This document shows, in pieces, positions 49,912 to 60,600 of a stretch of DNA of 64,000 nt. Source of the stretch: a bacterium (GTDB lineage: Bacteria > Zhuqueibacterota > Zhuqueibacteria > Residuimicrobiales > Krinioviventaceae); NCBI GenBank assembly GCA_963674595.2, contig CAXXFV010000017.1, positions 64,001-128,000 of the forward strand, in the 5' to 3' direction. Positions within the stretch are counted from its first letter, which is position 1, and each line of letters begins with the position of its first letter. The translations under genes were made by a program, and so were the position numbers. The notes under the pieces were generated by a model. It saw only the letters and a program-made list of their open reading frames with translations. It did not search any database and was not told where the DNA came from.

Positions 49912-52791
49912 ATGGCAAAAGTGAAATCTGTATTTCATCTTTCACTCATTTTATCTTTTTGCTTTTCTGCAACTCTATTTGCCGGTGTTACCGGTAAAAT
50001 ATCGGGCAGAATTGTAGATAGTGAAACGGGTGAAGGACTCCCCGGGGCGAATGTAGTTGTTGTTGGTACCAATACCGGCGCAGCCGCTGACATTGATGGC
50101 TATTACCGAATCCTTAATCTGGCTCCTGGCACATATAGTATTAATGTGACCATGATAGGTTATAGCCCTATTACAGTGCAGGGACTAAAAGTTAGTATTG
50201 ACCGTACCACCACCCAAAATGTCAAATTAACAACAGAAATTATTGAAGGAGAGACTGTTGTTATTTCGGCCGAAAGACCTCTTGTTGAACGAGACCGAAC
50301 AAACTCTGCATCCTATGTTGATGCTGAAACAATTGATCAGCTTCCTGTTCAGGAAATGTCAGAGATCATTCAGTTGCAGGCCGGTGTTGTAACCGGGTCT
50401 GACGGATCTATGCACTTTCGTGGCGGTCGTGAACGTGAAGTTGCTTATCTTGTTGATGGAATTTCAGTTTCCAACTCTTTTTCTCAAAGTGGTGGAAGTA
50501 ATGTCGCTATTGAAAATTCCATCATTAAAGAACTTCAGGTTATCAGCGGTACATTTAATGCGGAATATGGGGCTGCTCAATCTGCTATTGTAAACGTGGT
50601 AACAAAAAATCCTGAAAAGGAATTTCATGGCGATTTGCAGATTTTCGCCGGTGATTTTTTAAGTAACAAAACCGACAGGTTTATTGGAATTGACGAGTTT
50701 GATCCAATGGGCGAACATGATATTCAAGGTACCCTTTCCGGCCCTCTGTTTCACAGATCATTAGGATTTTTTGCCACAGCACGCTACAACAGCGATGATG
50801 GCTACCTGAATGGTGAAAGAAGATACGCTGCTTTGGATGGCTGGAAAATAGATGCTTATCGGCAATGGTTTACACAGCATTATGCCGGAAGAATAGCCGA
50901 ATACGGACGTATTCCGGTCCCGGATTCTCTTAAAACCGGAGATAACGCCATAGTGCCCATGGCCACATCAAAAAAACTCACTTTTACCGGTAAGGTTAAC
51001 TTTATTCCAAAACCAACGGTTGGATTCATCTATACAATTTTTGCATCAGACAATGAATCCCAAGGTTATAGCAATAGTACTGATGACTGGCGTTATGCAC
51101 CGGATGGCCGTTCTACAGGTTATTCCACTTCGCACCATCACTTTTTAACCTTTCGGCACAATCCAACGCCCGACTTTTTCTATAACCTGCGTGTCTCTTA
51201 TCAATATAATAATTATAAAAGTTATTTAAATGAAGACACTAAAGTAGCTGATTATCCGGGTGACTCGGGTTATTTACCCATTGGCGCCAGTGACGATCAA
51301 ACAGGATTTGTACAGGGTGATAATCAATTCGGGCGCAGTTTTACAACCCGTAAAGTTTATATGGCCAATGGTGATTTTAACTGGCAAATTGATAAATATA
51401 ATTTTATCAAAACCGGCTTTGAAGTTCGTCAACATAAAATCCATTATAACAACCAGCCGATGGTTGAATCTGAAGCCTGGAAAAGTTATAAATACACCAA
51501 CTCCATATCAGGCAAAGGACTTGATTTTGACGAGTTCTGGGGCTATATGAACGAGTATTGGAGCAGCTTTCCTGGCGACAAATTACGTTTGGCAAAAACA
51601 ACGGATGGTGATTTTGTTGATTACGAAAGAGAACCTTTGGAATTTTCAGCCTATATACAGGATAAAGTTGAACTGGGTGAACTCGTTTTAAACGCCGGTG
51701 TAAGGTTGGACCTGTTTGATCCCAAAGCAAAAACCTTGAACAATAAACGGGAATTATCTCAACAAATCGGTAATCCTGAAAATTTAATAGATTCAAAAAT
51801 AAAAAAACAACTCAGTCCGCGTATTGGTTTTTCCTATCCGATTTCTGATCAGGGAGCCTTTCACGTGTCCTATGGTCATTTTTTCCAGATGCCGAGTTTT
51901 GAAAAACTGTTTGAAAAACCGATTAATGAAAATATGACCACACTTTTACTGGAAGATGCACGGATTGGTGACACAGATTTGGAACCGGAACGAACAATTG
52001 CTTATGAAATTGGTTTACAGCAGCAGTTAGCCTATGAATATGCAATGGACCTGACATTGTTCTATAAAGACATTAGAAACCAGTTGGGTCTTGAAGCTGT
52101 TCGCACAACAGACGCTGTCGGTTATACCCGCTATGTAAACCGTGATTATGGCAATGTAAAAGGTTTTACACTGGCATTTGAAAAACTACGGACCGGACTG
52201 ATTTCCGGTGGAGTTGATTATACATTCCAATATGCCAAAGGAAGCGCTTCTGATCCTAACTTTTTACAACTCGTTGAAATTGCAACACGGCTCAGTGGTG
52301 AATCCGTACAATTTCCTGAACGACAGATTTTGGCACTCGATTGGGACCAACGCCATACTATCAATGTAAATTTAAATATTTCACAGTCAAATAATTGGGC
52401 TGTAGGAGTTATTGGTAGTTGGGGAAGCGGACTTCCCTATTCACCAACGAGTATAGAAGAACTGGATTTGCCGGATTCTGAATTTAAAAACAGTGCACGT
52501 AAACCCATTCGTTATGATTTGGATATAAAAGCAAACAAACAGTTTAAGATTGGTGGTTTAACATATAATCTATTTATGCGTGTTTATAACATATTGGACC
52601 ATTTGAATGAAAATGATGTATTTAGTGTAACCGGACGGGCTTCTCAAAATGCTCGTTTACCTGTCGATGAAAAAGTTGATTTGCAGCAACTGGAACAAGG
52701 CGGGCAGTTTACAATGGCGGAATGGGATAATCGTCCGCATTGGTTCTCGCCTCCTCGCCGCATTCAGGTTGGTCTTGGTGTTAGATTTTAA
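49912..52791 (+). CDS. TonB-dependent receptor
   Basis: AGVTGKISGRIVD..TGEGLPGANV, HFRGGR..EVAYLVDG, VISGTFNAEYG, SPRIGFSYPI, LEPERT, PRRIQVGLGVRF. Confidence 0.93.
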   Translation: MAKVKSVFHLSLILSFCFSATLFAGVTGKISGRIVDSETGEGLPGANVVVVGTNTGAAADIDGYYRILNLAPGTYSINVTMIGYSPITVQGLKVSIDRTTTQNVKLTTEIIEGETVVISAERPLVERDRTNSASYVDAETIDQLPVQEMSEIIQLQAGVVTGSDGSMHFRGGREREVAYLVDGISVSNSFSQSGGSNVAIENSIIKELQVISGTFNAEYGAAQSAIVNVVTKNPEKEFHGDLQIFAGDFLSNKTDRFIGIDEFDPMGEHDIQGTLSGPLFHRSLGFFATARYNSDDGYLNGERRYAALDGWKIDAYRQWFTQHYAGRIAEYGRIPVPDSLKTGDNAIVPMATSKKLTFTGKVNFIPKPTVGFIYTIFASDNESQGYSNSTDDWRYAPDGRSTGYSTSHHHFLTFRHNPTPDFFYNLRVSYQYNNYKSYLNEDTKVADYPGDSGYLPIGASDDQTGFVQGDNQFGRSFTTRKVYMANGDFNWQIDKYNFIKTGFEVRQHKIHYNNQPMVESEAWKSYKYTNSISGKGLDFDEFWGYMNEYWSSFPGDKLRLAKTTDGDFVDYEREPLEFSAYIQDKVELGELVLNAGVRLDLFDPKAKTLNNKRELSQQIGNPENLIDSKIKKQLSPRIGFSYPISDQGAFHVSYGHFFQMPSFEKLFEKPINENMTTLLLEDARIGDTDLEPERTIAYEIGLQQQLAYEYAMDLTLFYKDIRNQLGLEAVRTTDAVGYTRYVNRDYGNVKGFTLAFEKLRTGLISGGVDYTFQYAKGSASDPNFLQLVEIATRLSGESVQFPERQILALDWDQRHTINVNLNISQSNNWAVGVIGSWGSGLPYSPTSIEELDLPDSEFKNSARKPIRYDLDIKANKQFKIGGLTYNLFMRVYNILDHLNENDVFSVTGRASQNARLPVDEKVDLQQLEQGGQFTMAEWDNRPHWFSPPRRIQVGLGVRF

Positions 52792-52829
52792 AGAATTATT
52801 AATTCTCACTCATAGATAGGAAAATTATC

Positions 52830-55800
52830 GTGAAAAAACATAAATTTATAAAATACAATAAGATTCTGGTTTTGTTTCTTTTTGTCTTTGCTTGTTTATT
52901 TAATAATCTTTATGCAGAAGATGAACTGGTTAAACAGCAATATCCAAAAGATAACACACAAACCGGAAACAGTTGGCAAAATAGCCGGGATTTTTCTTCA
53001 AGTTTGTTTAAAACACAGGCAGAAGAATTGGGTCTGCAAAAATATGTCAGGTTGTCCAAACATGATGGAAACCTGGTTGAAACGGGCTGGGTAAACCAGG
53101 GACAGCTTGCTAACGGATACATATCCGGTCCCAGTTGGCCGATGATATGGCCCAGAGGTTCCGGTACGGAATATGGCTATGTCTTTGTCTTTTTAGTAGC
53201 AGGTGAAGTTGTGGATGCTCATGGTGACGTCATCCATATCGTTTCGGACCGTTTTCACCGTGTTTCGGGCAGCAGTTCGGAACAATCAACAGACAAGTCA
53301 CACTGGTGGGATTTTAAACCTCTGCCAAAATATTTTAATAACCACCATCCAAGCTCAACGGATTGGGATATTAGCGGAATCAGTGAAGATGTTGGTATGG
53401 ACGGTTATCCCAACACCAATGATATAGGTGAAGGTGATGGTGAACTGCAACAGGGTGAAGATTTTAACAGGAATGGCGTTCTTGACCTAGATATGATTAA
53501 TGTTGCAGAATGGGCTGCCATGAGCCATTTACCTGAAACCTGGCCGACCTATTGGCCGGCGCAAAGTTATGAAGGTGATGACCGTGCAATTGGCGAAGAA
53601 CGACCCGGCCCTTGTGCAGGGCGCTGGAATGGTGAATATGGTTATTTTATTCGCGCCAGTCAGGAATCCTATTATGTTATGGATGACCGGGAAAATGACG
53701 AATTTGATTATTATCCCTTCAATCTTCCCGGCACAGATACACCGGACAGCAGGCCCTGGCCGGATGGCAGAAGAGGACTTGGTATCACCGTTGAAGTTCG
53801 TAATTATCAATGGGTTGCCAGATTAGCTGAAGATATTCTGATCTCAATTTATGATATTACCAATTATGGTAAAAAATTAAACAAATGTGTTGTTGGAATG
53901 TACGGTGATGTTGATGTTGGTGGTACAAGTTCCGGTGACGATGCTGATTTTGATGTAGTAGATGATATTACCTATATTTGGGACAAAAGCGGATTGTCAA
54001 ATCACGGTTTACCGACAGGTTATTTTGGCTTTGCGTTTTTGGAAAGTCCGGGATTGTCTGGTGATAAAAAAGACAATGATCTGGATGGTATGATTGATGA
54101 AAGCCAGTACAATCTTGATGATGAAGATATGGATTGGCGAATTTGGCAGGATGATAATGGTAATGGTGTCTATGACACAGAAGACTTGAACTATAATGGT
54201 GAACTGGATGCTGGTGAAGATACAAACGGTAATAATAAATTAGACTGGGAACTTGTTTGGGATGACGTTGGCAGTGATGGAATAGGACCTGATGATGAAG
54301 GCTATCCGGGACCCGATGCCAATGGAACCGAAGCTAATGGAATTCCCGACCAGGGAGAACCAAACTTTGGAAAAACAGACAATGACGAATCTGATCAGGT
54401 TGGTTTAACATCCTGGTATTTAAAGAGAGTTGATAATCGTGTTGCCAATGATGAGGAACTCTGGGAAGTTGAACTGATTCCCGGCACATTTGCTATCGGT
54501 GAAGACTATTCCGGTGACGTTGCCTTTTCTTATGGCAGCGGTTATATAGAAATAGAGCCGGGTGTTGATGGAACACAGCGATATGCTATTGCATGTTTGT
54601 TCGGAAATGACGAAATGGATATTTTCCGCAATAAAAGAACCATGCAAAAGATATATGATTCCGATTACAACTTTTCAAAACCACCCAGGTTGCCGATTGT
54701 TACGGCTATACCAAGCAGCAAAAAAGTTGTCCTTATGTGGGACGATGGATCTGAAAAATCAAAAGATCCTATTTACGGACGTGATTTTGAAATGTATAAA
54801 ATATACAAAAGCACCGATCCAAACTTTAGCGACATAAAGACGATTAGTGATGCTTTTGGCAATCCGTTGTTATATGAACCTGTTGCACAATATGATCTTG
54901 TTGACGGTTTGGTTGGACCTCATCCGATTCCCATAGGCGGAACCGGTGAAGATGATGGGCTGGACCTTGGTGTTGCCTATGATATGGGAACAGATAGTGG
55001 TCTGCGCCACACCTTTGTCGATACAAATTTAACAAATGGACGTACCTATTATTATGCTGTAGTTGGTGTTGATAAAGGTTATAACCATGATTTTTATGAA
55101 AGAGGATTATCTGATAAAGATAATTTGGCTCCAAACAGCCCGACCGAATGTTCTTCTATCATACAGGTAGATGCATTGGGACGACCTGTATTTATCGATA
55201 GAAATTGTGCCGTCATTGTTCCTGTTGAACCGGCAGCCGGTTATATGGAACCGCGAACAGAAAACGGTCTCGAACACATTTCCGGTGATGGTACGGGAAG
55301 TATATCCCTGCAAATTATTATCCCGGACAGTGTACGCAACGATCATACCTATCAATTGGTCTTTAAAGATGATGCTGCTATAGAAGAATTTGATGAAGCT
55401 TATCCAACAGGTTATACAGAAGGCGCCTGGCTCATAGACCTGACAGAAAATGACACATTGCTTACACCAAGTATCAAGTATGATCAGGGTGTGTTTGAAG
55501 ATCTTATTTTGACCGGTTTCCGCCTGAAAATTGAAAATGATGATTCCATTGCGGTTTCCTGGTCCGGTTGGGAAAGAGGCCGGTCCAACATTTCAGGTGA
55601 ACCCCAGGGTTATGCTCAACAAACACGCGCCATACCACGTGATTATAGAATTACTGTTGGTGATGTTGGTATTGATACATCCTATTCTCAGGTACCAGGA
55701 CGCGCTCTATTGACTAATTTTACTGTGGAAGATGTAACCGATCCGGATAGTGTTTTCAAAGCTGTTTTTGGTTTGGCGGAAGACAGCGAAGAACCGGATT

Positions 55801-56378
55801 CTTTGCGCGGAATTTTGAGCCATGGAGATAAAATCTCTATTAAAGCAGCTCCGCTTATTTTTTCAAACCTTTATATTTATACGGAAAATGCATGGCGTAT
55901 AGACTTTAGCCTTCCCCAGGGTTTAGAGTCATCCCAGCAACGTTTGCCGCAAAAAGGTGATATATATAGCTTTAAAACCGTTAAACCGTTTGACAGAGAT
56001 GACGTTTTTGAATTTAAAATTGTCGGAGGAGACTATACTCTTGAACGTGCACGCGCACAACTTGATAATATCTATACCGTCCCGGATCCTTATATAGCCG
56101 CCAGTTCGTTGGAACCCCGGCTTGTCAACCAGGATATTGGACGTGGTGAACGTAAAATAGAATTTGTAAATCTACCAAAAGAATGTAAAATATCTATTTT
56201 TACGGTATCCGGACGTCTCGTTCGTGAACTTTCGCATTCTGCCGGCCAAATAGATGGACGAGAAGTGTGGGATTTAAGAACAAAAGACGGATTGGAAGTA
56301 GCGCATGGTGTTTACTTTTACCATGTAGATGCGCCAAACATCGGGACGAAAATTGGTAAATTAGCTATTATTAAATAA
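52830..56378 (+). CDS. large secreted acidic protein with Dx[DN]xDG Ca-binding repeats, FN3-like module and T9SS-like C-terminal domain
   Basis: Signal peptide; DFNRNG, DNDLDG, DDNGNG, DLNYNG, DTNGNN; LTNGRTYYYAV; C-terminus IYTVPDPY...IEFVNLP...WDLRTKDG..VAHGVYFYHV...KLAIIK. Confidence 0.8.
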   Translation: MKKHKFIKYNKILVLFLFVFACLFNNLYAEDELVKQQYPKDNTQTGNSWQNSRDFSSSLFKTQAEELGLQKYVRLSKHDGNLVETGWVNQGQLANGYISGPSWPMIWPRGSGTEYGYVFVFLVAGEVVDAHGDVIHIVSDRFHRVSGSSSEQSTDKSHWWDFKPLPKYFNNHHPSSTDWDISGISEDVGMDGYPNTNDIGEGDGELQQGEDFNRNGVLDLDMINVAEWAAMSHLPETWPTYWPAQSYEGDDRAIGEERPGPCAGRWNGEYGYFIRASQESYYVMDDRENDEFDYYPFNLPGTDTPDSRPWPDGRRGLGITVEVRNYQWVARLAEDILISIYDITNYGKKLNKCVVGMYGDVDVGGTSSGDDADFDVVDDITYIWDKSGLSNHGLPTGYFGFAFLESPGLSGDKKDNDLDGMIDESQYNLDDEDMDWRIWQDDNGNGVYDTEDLNYNGELDAGEDTNGNNKLDWELVWDDVGSDGIGPDDEGYPGPDANGTEANGIPDQGEPNFGKTDNDESDQVGLTSWYLKRVDNRVANDEELWEVELIPGTFAIGEDYSGDVAFSYGSGYIEIEPGVDGTQRYAIACLFGNDEMDIFRNKRTMQKIYDSDYNFSKPPRLPIVTAIPSSKKVVLMWDDGSEKSKDPIYGRDFEMYKIYKSTDPNFSDIKTISDAFGNPLLYEPVAQYDLVDGLVGPHPIPIGGTGEDDGLDLGVAYDMGTDSGLRHTFVDTNLTNGRTYYYAVVGVDKGYNHDFYERGLSDKDNLAPNSPTECSSIIQVDALGRPVFIDRNCAVIVPVEPAAGYMEPRTENGLEHISGDGTGSISLQIIIPDSVRNDHTYQLVFKDDAAIEEFDEAYPTGYTEGAWLIDLTENDTLLTPSIKYDQGVFEDLILTGFRLKIENDDSIAVSWSGWERGRSNISGEPQGYAQQTRAIPRDYRITVGDVGIDTSYSQVPGRALLTNFTVEDVTDPDSVFKAVFGLAEDSEEPDSLRGILSHGDKISIKAAPLIFSNLYIYTENAWRIDFSLPQGLESSQQRLPQKGDIYSFKTVKPFDRDDVFEFKIVGGDYTLERARAQLDNIYTVPDPYIAASSLEPRLVNQDIGRGERKIEFVNLPKECKISIFTVSGRLVRELSHSAGQIDGREVWDLRTKDGLEVAHGVYFYHVDAPNIGTKIGKLAIIK

Positions 56379-56401
56379 GTTCAAGATTATTGGAGCTGAT
56401 A

Positions 56402-57460
56402 ATGTATAAAAAAACTATAAAGTATATATTTTTGCTCGTTTTGAATATTTCGTTCATTCAAAATGTTGTTGCCGGAGAGGGAGATAATGTTCCCCCGTTT
56501 ATTACAGATGTATCCAATGTTGGAACAAGTGCTGCTGCATTTTTGGAAATTGGTGTTGGTGCCCGCGCTATGGCTATGGGGGGCGCTTATGCTGCCCTGG
56601 CAAACGATGCAAGCGGTATTTACTGGAACCCGGCCGGAATTGCCTGGTCTACAGGAATGCAGGCAGAGCTGATGCATACGGAATGGTTGGCTGAAACAAA
56701 TTTCGACTTTGTTGGAATTGTTGCACCTATTCCGGCTATTCGTTCTACCATCGGAATTGCTTTAACAAATATGGACTATGGTGAAAACCCTGTTCGAACC
56801 GTAGAACGCCCTGAAGGAACCGGTGAAATGTGGTCTGCACGTGATATGGCCATTTATGTAAGTTATGCTATGGCGCTAACAGACCGGTTCTCTTTTGGAC
56901 TTTCAGGTAAATATATCTCTCAAAGAATATGGAGTGAAACCGGAAGCGCAATCGCAATGGATGTTGGTGTTTTTTACAACACCATGCTCAAAGGACTAAG
57001 ATTGGGCGCTTGTATATCCAACTTTGGTTCAGAGATCCAGTTATCCGGCCGGCACCTGACAGTCACTCATGATATCGACGAGTTAAATTCAAATTTTGAC
57101 AGGGTTCCTGCTGATTTAAAAACAGGGTCCTATGATTTACCATTATTATTCAGAGTTGGCCTTTCCTATGAAACCGGCATTGGCCAGTTTGGTAAAGCCG
57201 TTTTTGCAGTTGATGTAAATCATCCCAGCAATGCTACGGAAAGTGTGAATATAGGCGCCGAGTATGGATTTGGTAATATGTTTTTTCTGCGCGGCGGTTA
57301 TGAAAATATGTTTGAAAAAGACAGTATAAACGGACTTACCCTTGGTGGTGGGATCGAATATTTTAAAGCCGGATCAATGGGATTTCGTTTGGATTACTGC
57401 TGGTCTGATTGGGGCATATTAAATAATTCACAAAGAATATCACTAGGTTTGATGTTTTAA
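56402..57460 (+). CDS. PorV/PorQ (UPF0164)-like outer-membrane beta-barrel
   Basis: GTSAAAFLEIGVGARAMAMGGA, IYWNPAG, SYDLPLLFRVG, GAEY, FLRGGY, RISLGLMF. Confidence 0.87.
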   Translation: MYKKTIKYIFLLVLNISFIQNVVAGEGDNVPPFITDVSNVGTSAAAFLEIGVGARAMAMGGAYAALANDASGIYWNPAGIAWSTGMQAELMHTEWLAETNFDFVGIVAPIPAIRSTIGIALTNMDYGENPVRTVERPEGTGEMWSARDMAIYVSYAMALTDRFSFGLSGKYISQRIWSETGSAIAMDVGVFYNTMLKGLRLGACISNFGSEIQLSGRHLTVTHDIDELNSNFDRVPADLKTGSYDLPLLFRVGLSYETGIGQFGKAVFAVDVNHPSNATESVNIGAEYGFGNMFFLRGGYENMFEKDSINGLTLGGGIEYFKAGSMGFRLDYCWSDWGILNNSQRISLGLMF

Positions 57461-57513
57461 CACAATATTTTAACAACCAGTTATGGACATGCAAGTAAGA
57501 TTAAATGTAAAGA

Positions 57514-57586
57514 GAGGAGGTGATAGAGGCTAATTCGTGATTATATTGCTGCATTTTTCAAAATAGTGCCAAGATATTTTGAAAAA
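57514..57586 (+). promoter_or_regulatory. orphan extended Shine-Dalgarno followed by a hairpin
   Basis: GAGGAGGTGAT with no properly spaced start codon; stem TTTTTCAAAATA-N9-TATTTTGAAAAA at 57554-57586. Confidence 0.45.
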
Positions 57587-57654
57587 ATTGATTTGTCCTT
57601 AGTCCGAAAAACCTGGTAACAGGTTAAATTTTATTTACGTTAAAGGAGAAAGTT

Positions 57655-60600
57655 ATGCAGAAACTAATCTTTAGATCTTTGAGTACTATGCTCATTGTAT
57701 TACTTGCCTTTTCCATTAGTTTTGCGCAGGGAGACATAGCGGAAGTCGAAAACAACAACTACTTTGCAAATGCAATGCCTGTTGATATTACCACTCGTGA
57801 AATAACAGAGTTGGACTGTAATTTTTCAGCACTGGAAGATATTGACATTTATATGGTCGAACTCAGCACAGACAGTATCTACCATTTTTATTCAGATTCT
57901 TCTGATATTATGGGTGATACACATGTTGAACTTTATTTCGGTGGTGATACAACAACAAACATACTAAGTGCCAGTCCTGATGGCCGTGGTTGGCAAAATA
58001 ATTTTCGAATTGCAGGATGGTCTCCTCAGGAATATGGTTCCGGAACTTATTACATCAAAGTCAATTCACCTGATCAGATTACTGCCCCATATACCGGAGA
58101 TTATAAAATTCGTTTAATTTCCCAAAATCTGGATTATTGGGCCAATCTCCATGAACCTGATAATTCATTCCAGCAGGCATTCGGTCAATTTACACTTCCG
58201 GTTGATGGTTCAAGATTTTATGGAATGTGTTTTAATTTAGATGATTTACCAACCGGTAAAGATGATATTGATATCTTTTATATGGTTGGTGAAACCGGAA
58301 AACGACTTTGGGTTGAAACCGAACCCGTTCAGGGTTACCCCCATACCCGTGATATGGATAGCAAAATTTATGTCTACGATGGTGATGGAAATGAATTGTT
58401 AGCAAACAATGATGACAAGAGTAACCAGGAAGAAGATTTTGGTTCAAACAATGTATTTTCTCTCGCCGTTATAGATAGTCTGCCCTATGATGGTCTTTAC
58501 TATGTTATTATGACCAGTTTTTATGCTGCTTACAATAACAGCGGTGTTTCCCAACACAGTGACTCAGACCCGTCAACCGGTGGTTATGTTGCCTATTCAT
58601 GGATGGGTGAAACAAAAACAGAAATAGAGCCAAATGACGATGCTGCTAATGCAACACCACTATGTGAAGGTATTACCGGTGTCCAAATGGGCGGCGACAA
58701 TAATTTGGTTATTGATGCCAGTTTGTCCAGTGATAGTGATGTAGATTGGTATGCCTTTAATCTGAAAACAACAAAGATGTATACCTTTAATACCGCCAAT
58801 TCATCAGTTGGTGGTGATATGAAACTGGAAGTCTATAACAAAAAAGATCTTTCAACAAATCTTATTGACGATGCTGTTAATGGTCGTTATAATTCTAATG
58901 ATTTTAGACTTTCTGGTTGGATTCCTCCTGAAAATGGCATATATTTGTTTAAGGTCTCCGGTGGTTGGGGTGCTGTCGGTGGAGACAACACAGGTGAATA
59001 TCAATTTCGTATGGGCTGGGTAACCTGGGCAAAAACAGCTCAATTTGGTGAACCCGGTAACGATACTCAAACACAATGGACGAATCCTGAAAAAAGTATT
59101 TATTATGGTGTTGGAGCTAATACAAATGAAGTCAAGTTTGATTCAAGTATGACCTATGCAACAATATATCCTGCTGATGATGTTGACTGGTACTGGTTTG
59201 AAGGTGAAGCCGGTGACATTATTGATGCTGAACTTTTCAGCGCCATGGATTGGGATGGTTCCTGGCATCGTGATTTCGATACCAAAATGACACTTGTTGA
59301 TCCTAATGGCGAATCTGTAGAAAATGATGATTATCGTCCTGGCGATGAAAGTTATGCCGGCAATACTTTTTCTGCTGTTAAAGGATATGTCTTGAAAGAA
59401 ACCGGAACTGTGTGGATTAAAGTTGACAGTTATTACAGCGGTGCTGATGCTGATTTTGGCAGCCCGGCAATCGGTGCTTATCGTTTAATCGTTTATTCTT
59501 CTGCAGCAGCTCCTGAATTTGCCGAAAAGGAAAAAAATGATACGTTCCCACTGGCAATGCCTGTTCCTGAAGATAAAGATGTTCTTTGTAAATTTTCAAG
59601 TGCTTCAGACGTTGATATTTTTGCTTTCGAAATGTCTACGGATAGAATGTATTTTATCAATTCCTATGAAGATCAGTTAGGTGCAGATACTCATGCCGAA
59701 TTGTTTGCTGCTTCTGATACCTCTACAAACGTATTGGATGGAAGTATTGACGGAAGATATCATGGCAATAGTTTCCGGCTTTCAGGTTTTATCCCTGCTG
59801 AAAACGGCACTTATTATTTGAAATTAACCAACAGCTCTCCCGGATTAGGAAGCTATAAATTACGTGCCCGAAGCTCTGAAATTGCTACCTTGGGCTCATT
59901 CCACGAACCGGACAATACCTTCGCACAAGCAGATGCTATGGGTGATTTGCCGTTGGATGCTGTTACAAAAACAGGTGCCTTATATAACGCTGCTGATCCG
60001 AAATTTGAAAATGATATGGATATCTATCGTATTCAATGTACAGCCGGTCAAATGCTTTCCGCTCAATTATTACCGGTTGGCGGTGAAACATGGGACCGTG
60101 ATACAGATACGATTATGATGCTTGTGGATGTTGCCGGCGATACCGTAGCTGATAATGATGACGCGACTGGCACTTATTCAACAGTTAATTATGAAGTAGC
60201 CCAATCCGGTACACATTATATATTGGTTACAGGTTACTATAGTTCACACAATGGTGAAGAAGCAAACAGCCGTAACCCCGGTGTTGGTGATTATTTACTC
60301 AAAGTATCAGGAAATATGACGGAAACAGAACCAAATAACTCGGCCGAAACAGCCAACCTGATACCCATTTCAAATAATAACTTGATCGATGCTTCATTTT
60401 CAACCGAAGATTTGGAAGACTGGTTTAAGGTGGAACTCGAAACAGGAAAATACTATTACTTTAACTCGGCAGACTCTAAAGTTGGTCAGAATATTCAGGT
60501 AGAAGTTTATTCTCAAGATAACCCAACAACAAACCTGGTTGATAATTCCCTGTTTGGTCGATTTGGCAGTAGTGATTTTAGACTGAGTGGTTGGACTCCA

